The notes below the pieces were generated by a model that made no database searches, had not been told where the DNA came from, and worked only from the letters and a program-made list of their open reading frames with translations. Shown one piece after another: positions 21,193 through 29,554 of a stretch of DNA of 49,627 bases. A program made the position numbers and the translations under genes. Numbering within the stretch: the first letter of the stretch is position 1; every line of letters starts with the position of its first letter. The stretch comes from an uncultured Bacilli bacterium (GTDB lineage: Bacteria; Bacillota_I; Bacilli_A; RF39; UBA660). Where the stretch lies: the NCBI GenBank assembly GCA_944331935.1, contig CALVIV010000004.1, forward strand, positions 1-49,627. Direction: 5' to 3'.

Positions 21193-21478
21193 CTATACCA
21201 AATTAGCAATTTTTTTCACTAAGACCAGTATATTTAGATATTTTATCTACAAAAAATCCATCTTTAAGAAGATTCTTAGCAATTGAATTTTTCTCTTGTC
21301 TACTACCTTGTTCAAGTCCTTCTTCCCTAGCAAGCTTAGTATGGTATTCTATCTTTTATTCTCCTTTTCTCTGGATCATATAGTCCTATATTATCTATAT
21401 CATTTGTTAGTTCATATAATTTATCTCTTACTTCCATTAAGTTTTCATCTCCTTTACTTATTTTTAATATTTCTTTAT
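21193..21478 (-). pseudogene. Frameshifted C-terminal remnant of an Rpn-family gene, cut at the IS21 end
   Basis: Reads KGDENLMEV..YELTNDIDNIGLYDPEKR..IEYH..AREEGLEQG..IAKNLL, homologous to 30202..30504. Confidence 0.8.
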
Positions 21479-21650
21479 TGATAATGCTAAGATAAAAATG
21501 TAGGAAATGACTAATATAAAAATGTCAGAAAACCTACAAAATTATCTTAGCATTTTTCATATGGTTGGTCTAATAATCACGGATAATAAATATCCAGAAA
21601 GGAGGATTATTATAAAGACTATATGTGACGAATTAAGGAAGGAGTTTACA

Positions 21651-22829
21651 ATGTTAAATACTTTTGAAATTAAACCAAACTTTGCATACTTAAGTAGAAA
21701 ATATGACTTGGATCCTAGAACCATAAAAAAATACTATAACGGTTATGATGGCAAAGCAACAACTAGAACTAAAACATCACAGTTAGATAAATATGAAGAA
21801 ATAATAAAAGAAAAGTTATCTTATGATGGTGCCAAGATTTCAGCAGTCTTCTTTTTCCTAAAAAACGAAAAAGGTTATAAAGGAAGTTATAGTAATTTAA
21901 CATATTATGTAAGAAAACACCCAAAAATAAAAAATATAACAACAAAGACCGAAACTCACGTAAGATTTGAAACTAAGGCTGGAGAACAACTACAGTTTGA
22001 TTGGATTGAAAGTATCACACTGATAAGTAAGTATGGAGAAGTATTTGAATTTAATGTTTTTTCAGCAGAGTTAAGTTATAGTAGGATGCATTATTTTAAT
22101 TATAGTGTACATAAAACTAGAGAAGATGTCTTAAACAATTTGATAGGTGCATTTAAGTTTTATGGTGGAGTTACAGAACATGTTTTAACAGATAATATGA
22201 GTAGTATTGTCAGTAATGGAAAATTTTGTAAAGAATTTAAGGCATTTGCAAAAGATTTAGAAATAATTGAAAAGAAGTGCAAAGTAAAACATCCTTATAC
22301 AAAAGGTAAAGTTGAAGTTAGAAATAAGCTTATGAAATGGCTAATACCATATAACTATGAATTTGAAACTGAAGAAGATATAAAACAAATAATTAAAAAA
22401 ATTAATACTGAAGTTAATAATCGAATTAATTCTACTACATCTATGAAACCAATATTACTTTATCAAAAAGAAAAAGAATACTTAAAACCTCTTCCACAAA
22501 ATCAAATATTGGAACATTATATGAACTTAAGTGTCTCAGTAAAAGTTCAAAATACTATGCTAATTGATTATAAAGGTTCAAAGTATTCAGTCCCCCAAAA
22601 GTATATTAACAAAACTTTAAAGCTTAAAGAAATTGATAATAAACTTTATATTTATGATAACACAGAATTAGTTGTTGTACATGAAATAAGTAATAAACCA
22701 ATTAATTATAAAGATGAACATTATATAGATGGTTTAAAAGAAAGTATACCATATAAAACAGATGCTGAAATTGAAGAACTTGCAAAAAAGAACTTAGAAT
22801 TATTTGATCAATTAACAAAAACTAATTAA
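21651..22829 (+). CDS. istA: IS21 transposase IstA
   Basis: RFETKAGEQLQFDW, LTDNM, TKGKVE; start uncertain (ORF track 21507; RBS-supported ATG at 21651). Confidence 0.92.
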   Translation: MLNTFEIKPNFAYLSRKYDLDPRTIKKYYNGYDGKATTRTKTSQLDKYEEIIKEKLSYDGAKISAVFFFLKNEKGYKGSYSNLTYYVRKHPKIKNITTKTETHVRFETKAGEQLQFDWIESITLISKYGEVFEFNVFSAELSYSRMHYFNYSVHKTREDVLNNLIGAFKFYGGVTEHVLTDNMSSIVSNGKFCKEFKAFAKDLEIIEKKCKVKHPYTKGKVEVRNKLMKWLIPYNYEFETEEDIKQIIKKINTEVNNRINSTTSMKPILLYQKEKEYLKPLPQNQILEHYMNLSVSVKVQNTMLIDYKGSKYSVPQKYINKTLKLKEIDNKLYIYDNTELVVVHEISNKPINYKDEHYIDGLKESIPYKTDAEIEELAKKNLELFDQLTKTN

Positions 22830-22846
22830 AAGAGGAGGAATAATAT

Positions 22847-23083
22847 ATGAATAATAATATAATGAAAAAGTTTTGTAAAGAATTACGTTTAAATGCTTGT
22901 CTAAATAGCATAGAGGAATGTTGTAATGCAACTTATGGCTATATCACTGGCGAATATGAAGTCAATGATTTAGATGAACTAGAAGATGCATTATTATGTG
23001 TTCCTGATTATATTAAAGAGGTAAAAGAAATAATAGGAGAAATTATTGATATTTATGAAAAGGAGATGTTAGAAAATGAATAA
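22847..23083 (+). CDS. Small acidic 78-aa ORF between istA and istB
   Basis: Strong RBS GAGGAGG; overlaps the istB start. Confidence 0.7.
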   Translation: MNNNIMKKFCKELRLNACLNSIEECCNATYGYITGEYEVNDLDELEDALLCVPDYIKEVKEIIGEIIDIYEKEMLENE

Positions 23084-23834
23084 CTATAATAAATTACTTA
23101 ATAATTTAGAAACATTAAAATTATTAAAAATGAGAGATAACATAGATGACTATATTGATTTAGTAAATAATAAAAAGAAAGATATAACAGAAGCATTGTA
23201 TGAGCTTACAAATTTAGAAATAGAAATGCTAAAGGAGAAAAGGATACAACATTCAATTCAATTTGCAGGATTTCCATATCAAAAAACATTTGATGATTTT
23301 GATTTTTCATTTCAACCTAATCTAAATAAAGAACAAATATTAGACTTTAAAAACTTACGGTTTATTGAGAATAAAGAAAACATTTTATTTGTTGGTAGCC
23401 CAGGTGTTGGTAAAACACATCTGGCTACTGCAATAGGGTTAGAAAATGCTAAAAATAATCATAGTACCTATTTTATTAATTGTAACGATTTAATTGAAGC
23501 TTTGAAGAAAGCCCATTCTCATAATAGACTAGATGACAAATTAAAAACCTTATCCAAGTACAAATTACTTATTATTGATGAAGTTGGATACTTACCTATT
23601 GATACTGAAGCGGCTAATATGTTATTTCAACTTATTAATAAAAGATATGAAAAAAATTCTACCATAATAACAACTAATAAACCGTTTTCTAGATGGGGTG
23701 AACTATTTGGTGATAATATGATTGCCAATGCTATTTTAGACCGTTTATTACATCATTCTCATGTTATTTCTATAACTGGGAAATCTTATAGGACTAAAGA
23801 TATATTGGTAGATTCGACTGAATCTGGCGATTAG
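23076..23834 (+). CDS. istB: IS21 helper ATPase IstB
   Basis: FDFSFQP, GSPGVGKT, LLIIDEVGY, AILDRLLHH. Confidence 0.95.
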   Translation: MNNYNKLLNNLETLKLLKMRDNIDDYIDLVNNKKKDITEALYELTNLEIEMLKEKRIQHSIQFAGFPYQKTFDDFDFSFQPNLNKEQILDFKNLRFIENKENILFVGSPGVGKTHLATAIGLENAKNNHSTYFINCNDLIEALKKAHSHNRLDDKLKTLSKYKLLIIDEVGYLPIDTEAANMLFQLINKRYEKNSTIITTNKPFSRWGELFGDNMIANAILDRLLHHSHVISITGKSYRTKDILVDSTESGD

Positions 23835-23912
23835 ATTCTGCTAATATAAAAATGTAGTTTTTCCTACATAATTATTTTAGCCAAAAACTACATTTTTATC
23901 TTGACATTATCA

Positions 23913-24016
23913 GCATCTTTCTCACCTCTGTTTTATCTTACTACTTTTTTTTCACAAAGGCTAGTCCTCAAAGGATTTATGTGACTGAAAGTCAATGGAT
24001 ATTATCCGCCAGTGCC
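23913..24016 (-). mobile_element. Possible truncated IS1595/ISPna2-like left end
   Basis: Begins GGCACTG (GGCnnTG) two codons into the ORF following the integrase; ends with RBS GAGGTGA plus ATG cut by the IS21 end. Confidence 0.35.
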
Positions 24017-24023
24017 TAGCATA

Positions 24024-25274
24024 TTATAGTTCACCTACAGCCTCACAAAAACATTCTTCTAACTTTTCTTCATTAGTTCTTAAATATTGTTTAGTTGAAT
24101 CTATATTGCAATGACCTAGAGTTGATGATATAGTTGTTATGGGAACATTATTATTTAGTAGGCTGGTTGCAAGAGTCCTTCTAAATGAATGTATCCCTTT
24201 TTTTTCGTATTTAGATAGATCAATTCCTATTTTATTTGCAACTCGTTTTATTATATGATGAAACGAAAAAGAATCACTTAATTTAATATATGGGAATATA
24301 TGTCTTATAAAAATATAGTCATCTTCTTTCTTAATCTTAAATGGGCTTTCATATTTAATATAATCTATAATTGCATCACCAATATCATTTGTTAAAGGTA
24401 ATTTAACAGGTTTATTAGTTTTCTCTTGAATTATGTATATTGTTTTTTCATTCCAATTTATATCAGACCACTTTAAATGCTTAATATCTATTCCTCTTAA
24501 TCCCAGTCTAGCTGCAATCAAAATCATTGCATAATGTCTTCTACTAGCAATATTAGTTTTGTCTTCCTTTAGGTAGTTTAATATTTTTTCTACATCTTCT
24601 TTTTCAAAAACAGTTGGTATAGAATTTTTAGTATTTCTATTAATGACAGGTATAAGATATGAATAATTAGTTTTTACTAATTCTTCTGTAAATAAATAAT
24701 TGAATAAGCATTTTAAGCTCCAACAAATTCTAATTCTTCTTGATATTGGCTCTGTATTATCATCGATATATTTATTAATAATATCTTTGCTCATTTCTGC
24801 AATGTTTCTAATATTTTTGCTTTCTAAATAATAAAGGAATTGTTTTGTCAATACTTGTTTGTCTTTAATTGTAGTTTCTTTATTATTTAAAATTTCTTTA
24901 CAATATTTTAAGTAATTATCTAATAAATCATCGTAATAATTCGATAAGATTATTCCTCTATTAATTTTAATAGAATTCATATAATTAATAACAAATTCAT
25001 CAATATTAATAAGTACTTTCATAGATTCTACAATTTTATTTTCTTTTTTTGATAATATCTTTTGTTCACTAAAATTAATATTATATTGTTCAAGTAGAAA
25101 AGAATATATAGTTTTATCAGTAAAACTTAATATATCATTATCTTCACAATAATCTTTAAATTGTTTCCAGTACTTTTTAAATTTGTTTACTTTGTCCAAA
25201 GAAAAATTATTATTCATTAACACCTCCTCACTATGATACATTAATTTCCTTAATTCTTGATTCATTTTTATCAC
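24024..25274 (-). CDS. Tyrosine recombinase, RitA-like
   Basis: RLGLRGIDI, GIHSFRRTLAT, LGHCNIDSTKQY catalytic residues; long N-terminal region. Confidence 0.9.
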   Translation of the reverse strand: MIKMNQELRKLMYHSEEVLMNNNFSLDKVNKFKKYWKQFKDYCEDNDILSFTDKTIYSFLLEQYNINFSEQKILSKKENKIVESMKVLINIDEFVINYMNSIKINRGIILSNYYDDLLDNYLKYCKEILNNKETTIKDKQVLTKQFLYYLESKNIRNIAEMSKDIINKYIDDNTEPISRRIRICWSLKCLFNYLFTEELVKTNYSYLIPVINRNTKNSIPTVFEKEDVEKILNYLKEDKTNIASRRHYAMILIAARLGLRGIDIKHLKWSDINWNEKTIYIIQEKTNKPVKLPLTNDIGDAIIDYIKYESPFKIKKEDDYIFIRHIFPYIKLSDSFSFHHIIKRVANKIGIDLSKYEKKGIHSFRRTLATSLLNNNVPITTISSTLGHCNIDSTKQYLRTNEEKLEECFCEAVGEL

Positions 25275-25380
25275 ATCCTTTCTCTTTGAAAAGTTGAATC
25301 AAACTTTTCAAGAGAATATTATATATTATCAGACAAAAAATACAAAAAAAGACAGTAATTTCAACAATTATTGTCTTTTT

Positions 25381-25434
25381 GTCTTATAAATTATTTTGTC
25401 CTATAACGCGAATTATAAGACATGTCTTATAATT
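25381..25434. repeat. Recombinase-site-like array: perfect 24-bp palindrome plus two further TTATA(A/G)GAC boxes
   Basis: AATTATAAGACATGTCTTATAATT (25411-25434); minus-strand TTATAGGAC-N8-TTATAAGAC toward the integrase. Confidence 0.8.
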
Positions 25435-25479
25435 GTTGTTACCATTGTTGTTCACGTTACGCACGAGAGACGTACTGTT
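25432..25479 (-). repeat. Truncated DGR template-repeat (TR)-like fragment
   Basis: Non-coding AAC AGT ACG TCT CTC GTG CGT AAC GTG AAC AAC AAT GGT AAC AAC AAT; aligns to both VRs with mismatches mostly at its adenines. Confidence 0.8.
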
Positions 25480-25531
25480 GATAATTCCCTACTATAATCT
25501 ATTTAAACTAATTATAGCCTAATTTAATTTA

Positions 25532-25569
25532 GTCAGTAAGCTAGAAATTAAAATTTCTAGCTTACTGAC
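25532..25569. repeat. Perfect 18-bp inverted repeat directly after the target stop codon (terminator and/or DGR homing hairpin)
   Basis: GTCAGTAAGCTAGAAATT-AA-AATTTCTAGCTTACTGAC. Confidence 0.85.
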
Positions 25570-25571
25570 AT

Positions 25572-27407
25572 CTAACTACCAAGAGTCACTACAAACGGAT
25601 TAGATTTAGTACCTGTACCTCCGGAAATTGAGACGCTAGATTTTAGATTTATTGACGGCCGGACACCGCTCGCGTTGGTCGAAAGATCGAAGCCCGCGTC
25701 ACTATCGGTGTCCACGCTACGCACGAGAGACGCACTATATAGTGTTAAAGTCCAATAAGATGTATTATTACCATCTCTATCAAATTGTCCGGACATTAAT
25801 TCTCCTAAACGGAGTAAGCCAACTTTAGCATTTGTACTTTTAGCATATCCTGACATATTAGTATCTGTATATTTTGCTAATTTATATGAAGTACCACTTC
25901 CTACAGTTCCTATATACCATGTTGTACTATCTTCTATCATATCACTATATGTACTATCTACATAACTAGTTAAATATTCTCCATTTAAAAATGTACCTAT
26001 TGTATTTGTACTTGAATAATTTGCATTTCTGTCACTATCAAAAGCACTCTTTATAAAACCTCCTTCATTTTTTAATGGTTCGGCACTGACTATCTTTGTC
26101 CCACTACCATTTTCATGACTTACTATTCTGTATAGATTATTCTCACCACTTCCGAAAGTTATATATTCACCGCTATATCTACTTGAAAGTAATGTTCCTG
26201 AAAGTTCTGCATCATTATCTCCGTTTAAGCGATAAGGGTTATCTATTGTTCCATCACCATCTACAATTTTAACGCTAGATTTTAGATTTATTGACGGCCG
26301 GACACCGTCCGCGCGGGCCGAAGCAGATTTGGCCGCGCCACCATTGTAGTTCACGCAACGCACGTCAGACGCACTATATGGTGTTAAGGTCCACCACCAA
26401 AGTCCATTATTTAAATAACCATTACTATATGTTGTTCCTGTATAACTAGATCGATATTCATACATATTAAGTAATCCTACTGCATCGGTTACTGTGGTAG
26501 TTCCATTTGGTCTTGTTATACTTCCTAAACTAGTGGCATCTAATGTTGCATCCCATACTGCATCTGTCACTACAAAGTTCTCATAATCTCTTAAATTACC
26601 TAAGAAACCATCTACTGTGGTATCATTTAACCATTCTTCCATATAACTTCCTTCAAATGCTGTACTATCACTCGAATAAGTAATTGCACTTATATTCCAT
26701 TGTGTTACTAGCTTTGTTGTCTTTGCTTCTTTATTTACAGACACCGCTCTCCATAGTTTTCCACTATACCAGATATAGTTATTAGGGTCGGTACCTGTTA
26801 TGAAAGTATCTACGTCATCATCATATGTACTTCCATCTGGTCCCACATTTGCTGGTATAACATCAGAAGCAGGACCTGTTAACTTAATTTCTTCAAATAA
26901 GTGCCCATTACTAGGTAACGCTAAATCATTATAATCTAGTCCTACATTTACTCCTAAAGTAATTGTTACCTCACTATCTGAATTATTTGTAACTCTTATT
27001 TTATATACATTACTAGAACCTGCCGTTCCACTCATTTCCAAATTAGTTCCTATTTCACTTGATGGTGTATTTAACCCTTCTTCTGTTACATATCCTGCAC
27101 TTACTCCTTCTGGTAAGCTTCCTTCATAATAAAAGTTAAATCTTGCTTTTCTATTATTTGGATTAGATAACGTTACGGTAAACTCTTTAGTCTCGCCCGC
27201 TCCTACTGTTAAAGTATTACCAGCACTTCCATCTACCTCTAAATCATACACTAAGTTACCTGTTATGATACTTATTGCATTCCCCTGTTCTTTGCTTACT
27301 GTAAACATGGCATAAGAAAAATATCCCCCTACTATTAGTAAGGTTATTATAACCATTACTATCATATAAATTTTACTAAAACTTGTTTCTAATAATAATC
27401 TTTTCAT
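25572..27407 (-). CDS. Putative DGR target: secreted protein with SipW-class signal peptide and two tandem C-type-lectin-like domains, each carrying a variable repeat
   Basis: GYFSYAMF N-terminus; two WTLTxYSASxVRxV...GVRPSINLKSSV segments encoded by GC-rich repeats. Confidence 0.85.
   Translation of the reverse strand: MKRLLLETSFSKIYMIVMVIITLLIVGGYFSYAMFTVSKEQGNAISIITGNLVYDLEVDGSAGNTLTVGAGETKEFTVTLSNPNNRKARFNFYYEGSLPEGVSAGYVTEEGLNTPSSEIGTNLEMSGTAGSSNVYKIRVTNNSDSEVTITLGVNVGLDYNDLALPSNGHLFEEIKLTGPASDVIPANVGPDGSTYDDDVDTFITGTDPNNYIWYSGKLWRAVSVNKEAKTTKLVTQWNISAITYSSDSTAFEGSYMEEWLNDTTVDGFLGNLRDYENFVVTDAVWDATLDATSLGSITRPNGTTTVTDAVGLLNMYEYRSSYTGTTYSNGYLNNGLWWWTLTPYSASDVRCVNYNGGAAKSASARADGVRPSINLKSSVKIVDGDGTIDNPYRLNGDNDAELSGTLLSSRYSGEYITFGSGENNLYRIVSHENGSGTKIVSAEPLKNEGGFIKSAFDSDRNANYSSTNTIGTFLNGEYLTSYVDSTYSDMIEDSTTWYIGTVGSGTSYKLAKYTDTNMSGYAKSTNAKVGLLRLGELMSGQFDRDGNNTSYWTLTLYSASLVRSVDTDSDAGFDLSTNASGVRPSINLKSSVSISGGTGTKSNPFVVTLGS
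25633..25739 (-). repeat. Variable repeat VR2 (C-terminal)
   Basis: 107 bp colinear with VR1; 36-bp identical 3' block at 25633-25668. Confidence 0.88.
26272..26378 (-). repeat. Variable repeat VR1 (internal)
   Basis: 107 bp colinear with VR2, 639 bp away; identical block at 26272-26307. Confidence 0.88.
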
Positions 27408-27596
27408 AAACTAATACCTCACCTTCTATAAGTTTATCCAAACAAACCTTTTTAATACGGTATAATTATCTTTAACAGTTTTTAATTACCTACTATAATT
27501 AACTATCTTAAAATAATTATAACACATTTTCGCCTATTTTCCCAAGAAAATTTATCTTGCTTCCAAAAAATGGAAAAATTAAATTGGTGAAGAAAA

Positions 27597-27870
27597 ATGA
27601 TTATAAAAAACTTAAGATATACAAGAGAAAACTTAGGTCTTAAACAAAAAGATTTAACTGTCCTTTTTAATGTAACTTATTCTACAACATTTGAATGGGA
27701 AACAGGTAAGGACACAATACCTTTAAAACAACTAATTAAATATGCAAATAAATACAATTTTAGCCTAGACTATCTATATTTGGTTTAACTAACACAAATA
27801 AGATTTATTTGGCCTTAGAAATAAATTTAACTACCATATCTAAAAACTTAACTACTATTAGAAAAAAATA
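27597..27870 (+). pseudogene. XRE-family HTH regulator, probably frameshifted and truncated
   Basis: LRYTRENLGLKQKDL...WETGK...SLDYL; the expected FGLT continuation lies in another frame after the stop at 27788. Confidence 0.6.
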
Positions 27871-27902
27871 AAAGAAAAAGTATATAACTAAAACTATATA
27901 CT

Positions 27903-29183
27903 TTATTCACTTACTACACTTATCGCTGTTTGTAACATAGTATCATTTTCATAAGTTAATGTTTCTCCTTCTTGTAATACAGTCTCTACTCTATCAGTAG
28001 GAACAACTCCCTTATCATTAACCCAATTACCTTTAGGAGTTAACCATTTCTGCACTGTATATTTAATAGTATCTCCACTATTTAAATCACTAGCAGACTG
28101 AACTGTTCCTTTACCATAAGAGTTAATACCTACTATATGAGAACCATAACTTTCTTTAAAGGCACTAGCAAGTATTTCTGAAGCACTTGCACTCTCATCA
28201 TTAATAATTACACTAACAGGATAATCTCTATCAACACTCTTCTTAGTACCATAAACTTTCTCTGTTTCACTCTTAGTCTGTAACTGATATAACACTTGCT
28301 TCTTATTTAAAAATAAACATAATATATTCTTAACTTCAGATAAATAACCTCCAGGATTATCTCTAACATCAATAACTAATCCTTCTATATTATTCTTCTC
28401 TAACTTCTTTAAAGCACTATTAAATTGTTTATAAGAGTTACTATTAAATATATCTATTTTAATATAACCAATTTTTTTATCATTATTTTCATATATCTCA
28501 CTATCAATTACAGGAGTATCTATAGTATTTTTATTAAGTTCAAAGTTCAGCTCTTCTCCATCACGATTAACTGTTATTTTAGTCTTATCTTCGCTACCAA
28601 TCATAGAAACAACTTCAGTTAAACTCTTACCTGTAATATCAGTATCATTTACTTTAGTAACAACATCTCCTACTTTTATACCAGCTTTACTAGCAGGACT
28701 ACTATCAAAGACATTACCAACACTAACAACACCATCTTTAAGCATTACTTCTATACCTATTCCTTCATAAGTACCACTTAATTCTTCATTAAAATCTTGA
28801 CTTGCATCGCCTCTAAAGTAAGTAGCATAAGGATCATCTAAGTAATTAATCATCCCTTGTATACCAGCATCAATAAGTTCTTCTTTATCAACATCTTCAT
28901 AGTAGTTATCAATAATATTATTATAAGTAGTAACAAACTCATCTAAATCATCATTAGAAGATGAATCACTAAACACTACAAAGTTAACTATATTACCTAA
29001 AAGAAAACCAAACATAATAGCAATTATCATGATAATAATAACTTCAGAAAAATTAAAGCCGCTTCTTCTTTCTACTATAATCTCTCTAACATTACTATTA
29101 TCATCTAACTCTTCTTTAGCATTAACATCTTCTACAATATTTTCTTTATCATTATTCTTCTTCTTTTTAAACATTAGTATCAC
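27903..29183 (-). CDS. S41 carboxy-terminal processing protease with PDZ domain (CtpA-like)
   Basis: GIGIEV, DVRDNPGGYL, SASASE, SYGKGTVQ. Confidence 0.92.
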   Translation of the reverse strand: MILMFKKKKNNDKENIVEDVNAKEELDDNSNVREIIVERRSGFNFSEVIIIMIIAIMFGFLLGNIVNFVVFSDSSSNDDLDEFVTTYNNIIDNYYEDVDKEELIDAGIQGMINYLDDPYATYFRGDASQDFNEELSGTYEGIGIEVMLKDGVVSVGNVFDSSPASKAGIKVGDVVTKVNDTDITGKSLTEVVSMIGSEDKTKITVNRDGEELNFELNKNTIDTPVIDSEIYENNDKKIGYIKIDIFNSNSYKQFNSALKKLEKNNIEGLVIDVRDNPGGYLSEVKNILCLFLNKKQVLYQLQTKSETEKVYGTKKSVDRDYPVSVIINDESASASEILASAFKESYGSHIVGINSYGKGTVQSASDLNSGDTIKYTVQKWLTPKGNWVNDKGVVPTDRVETVLQEGETLTYENDTMLQTAISVVSE

Positions 29184-29306
29184 CCCACTGCTTTAATTTT
29201 ATCACAAATAAAACAATATCTAAAGAAAAATATATATGTTTAATTCATCTTTACACTTACTAATGTAATGACTACATTAGCTTGTGCAAATATATTACAT
29301 TTTTAT

Positions 29307-29335
29307 TGACACAATCTATCTATTATGATACATTA
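29307..29335 (+). promoter_or_regulatory. Sigma-A-type promoter upstream of the Rpn locus
   Basis: TTGACA-17 nt-TACATT. Confidence 0.5.
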
Positions 29336-29402
29336 TAGACAGATGGGAGACTTGTATAAAAGATGGGGAAAAGGAGGTTGTGAAAAATTTTAAAAAAAAT
29401 AT

Positions 29403-29502
29403 AATTTTTGTAAATTAAGGGTACTTTTTGGGGTGAATTTTGCAAATTCGCCTAGCGAAAATTGCAAATTTACCACTATTTTAGAGATAAATTTGCAAAA
29501 TT
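29403..29502. repeat. 100-bp four-box palindromic element, copy B (inverted relative to copy A)
   Basis: Boxes near 29403, 29436, 29459 and 29490; central CTAG; shared GGGTA.TTTT.GGGGT spacer. Confidence 0.75.
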
Positions 29503-29554
29503 ACCTTTTTGCATTAGTTTTTAGTATATGCTATAACACTTGCAAGGAGGTTTT

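Larger units (their letters stand above)
21479..23912 (+). mobile_element. IS21-family insertion sequence
   Basis: Terminal IRs TGATAATGCTAAGATAAAAATGTAG / TGATAATGTCAAGATAAAAATGTAG (23/25); TG...CA ends; istA and istB; no flanking direct repeat. Confidence 0.93.

Noticed and set aside
21296-21481. 61-aa + strand ORF
   Set aside because: Antisense shadow of the minus-strand Rpn remnant.
23958-24020. ZTP or other riboswitch in the GC-richer segment next to the integrase stop
   Set aside because: Only GTGACTG resembles the motif; the other conserved elements and a suitable downstream gene are missing.
21479-25571. DGR reverse transcriptase or Avd gene near the TR
   Set aside because: No ORF with an RT-like (Y/F)xDD context or Avd-like character; the space is filled by IS21 and the integrase.
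16807-29502. CRISPR array or CodY-box reading of the TTGCAA repeats
   Set aside because: Only four degenerate boxes per copy, short spacers shared between copies and no cas genes. The boxes are shorter than the 15-bp CodY consensus.
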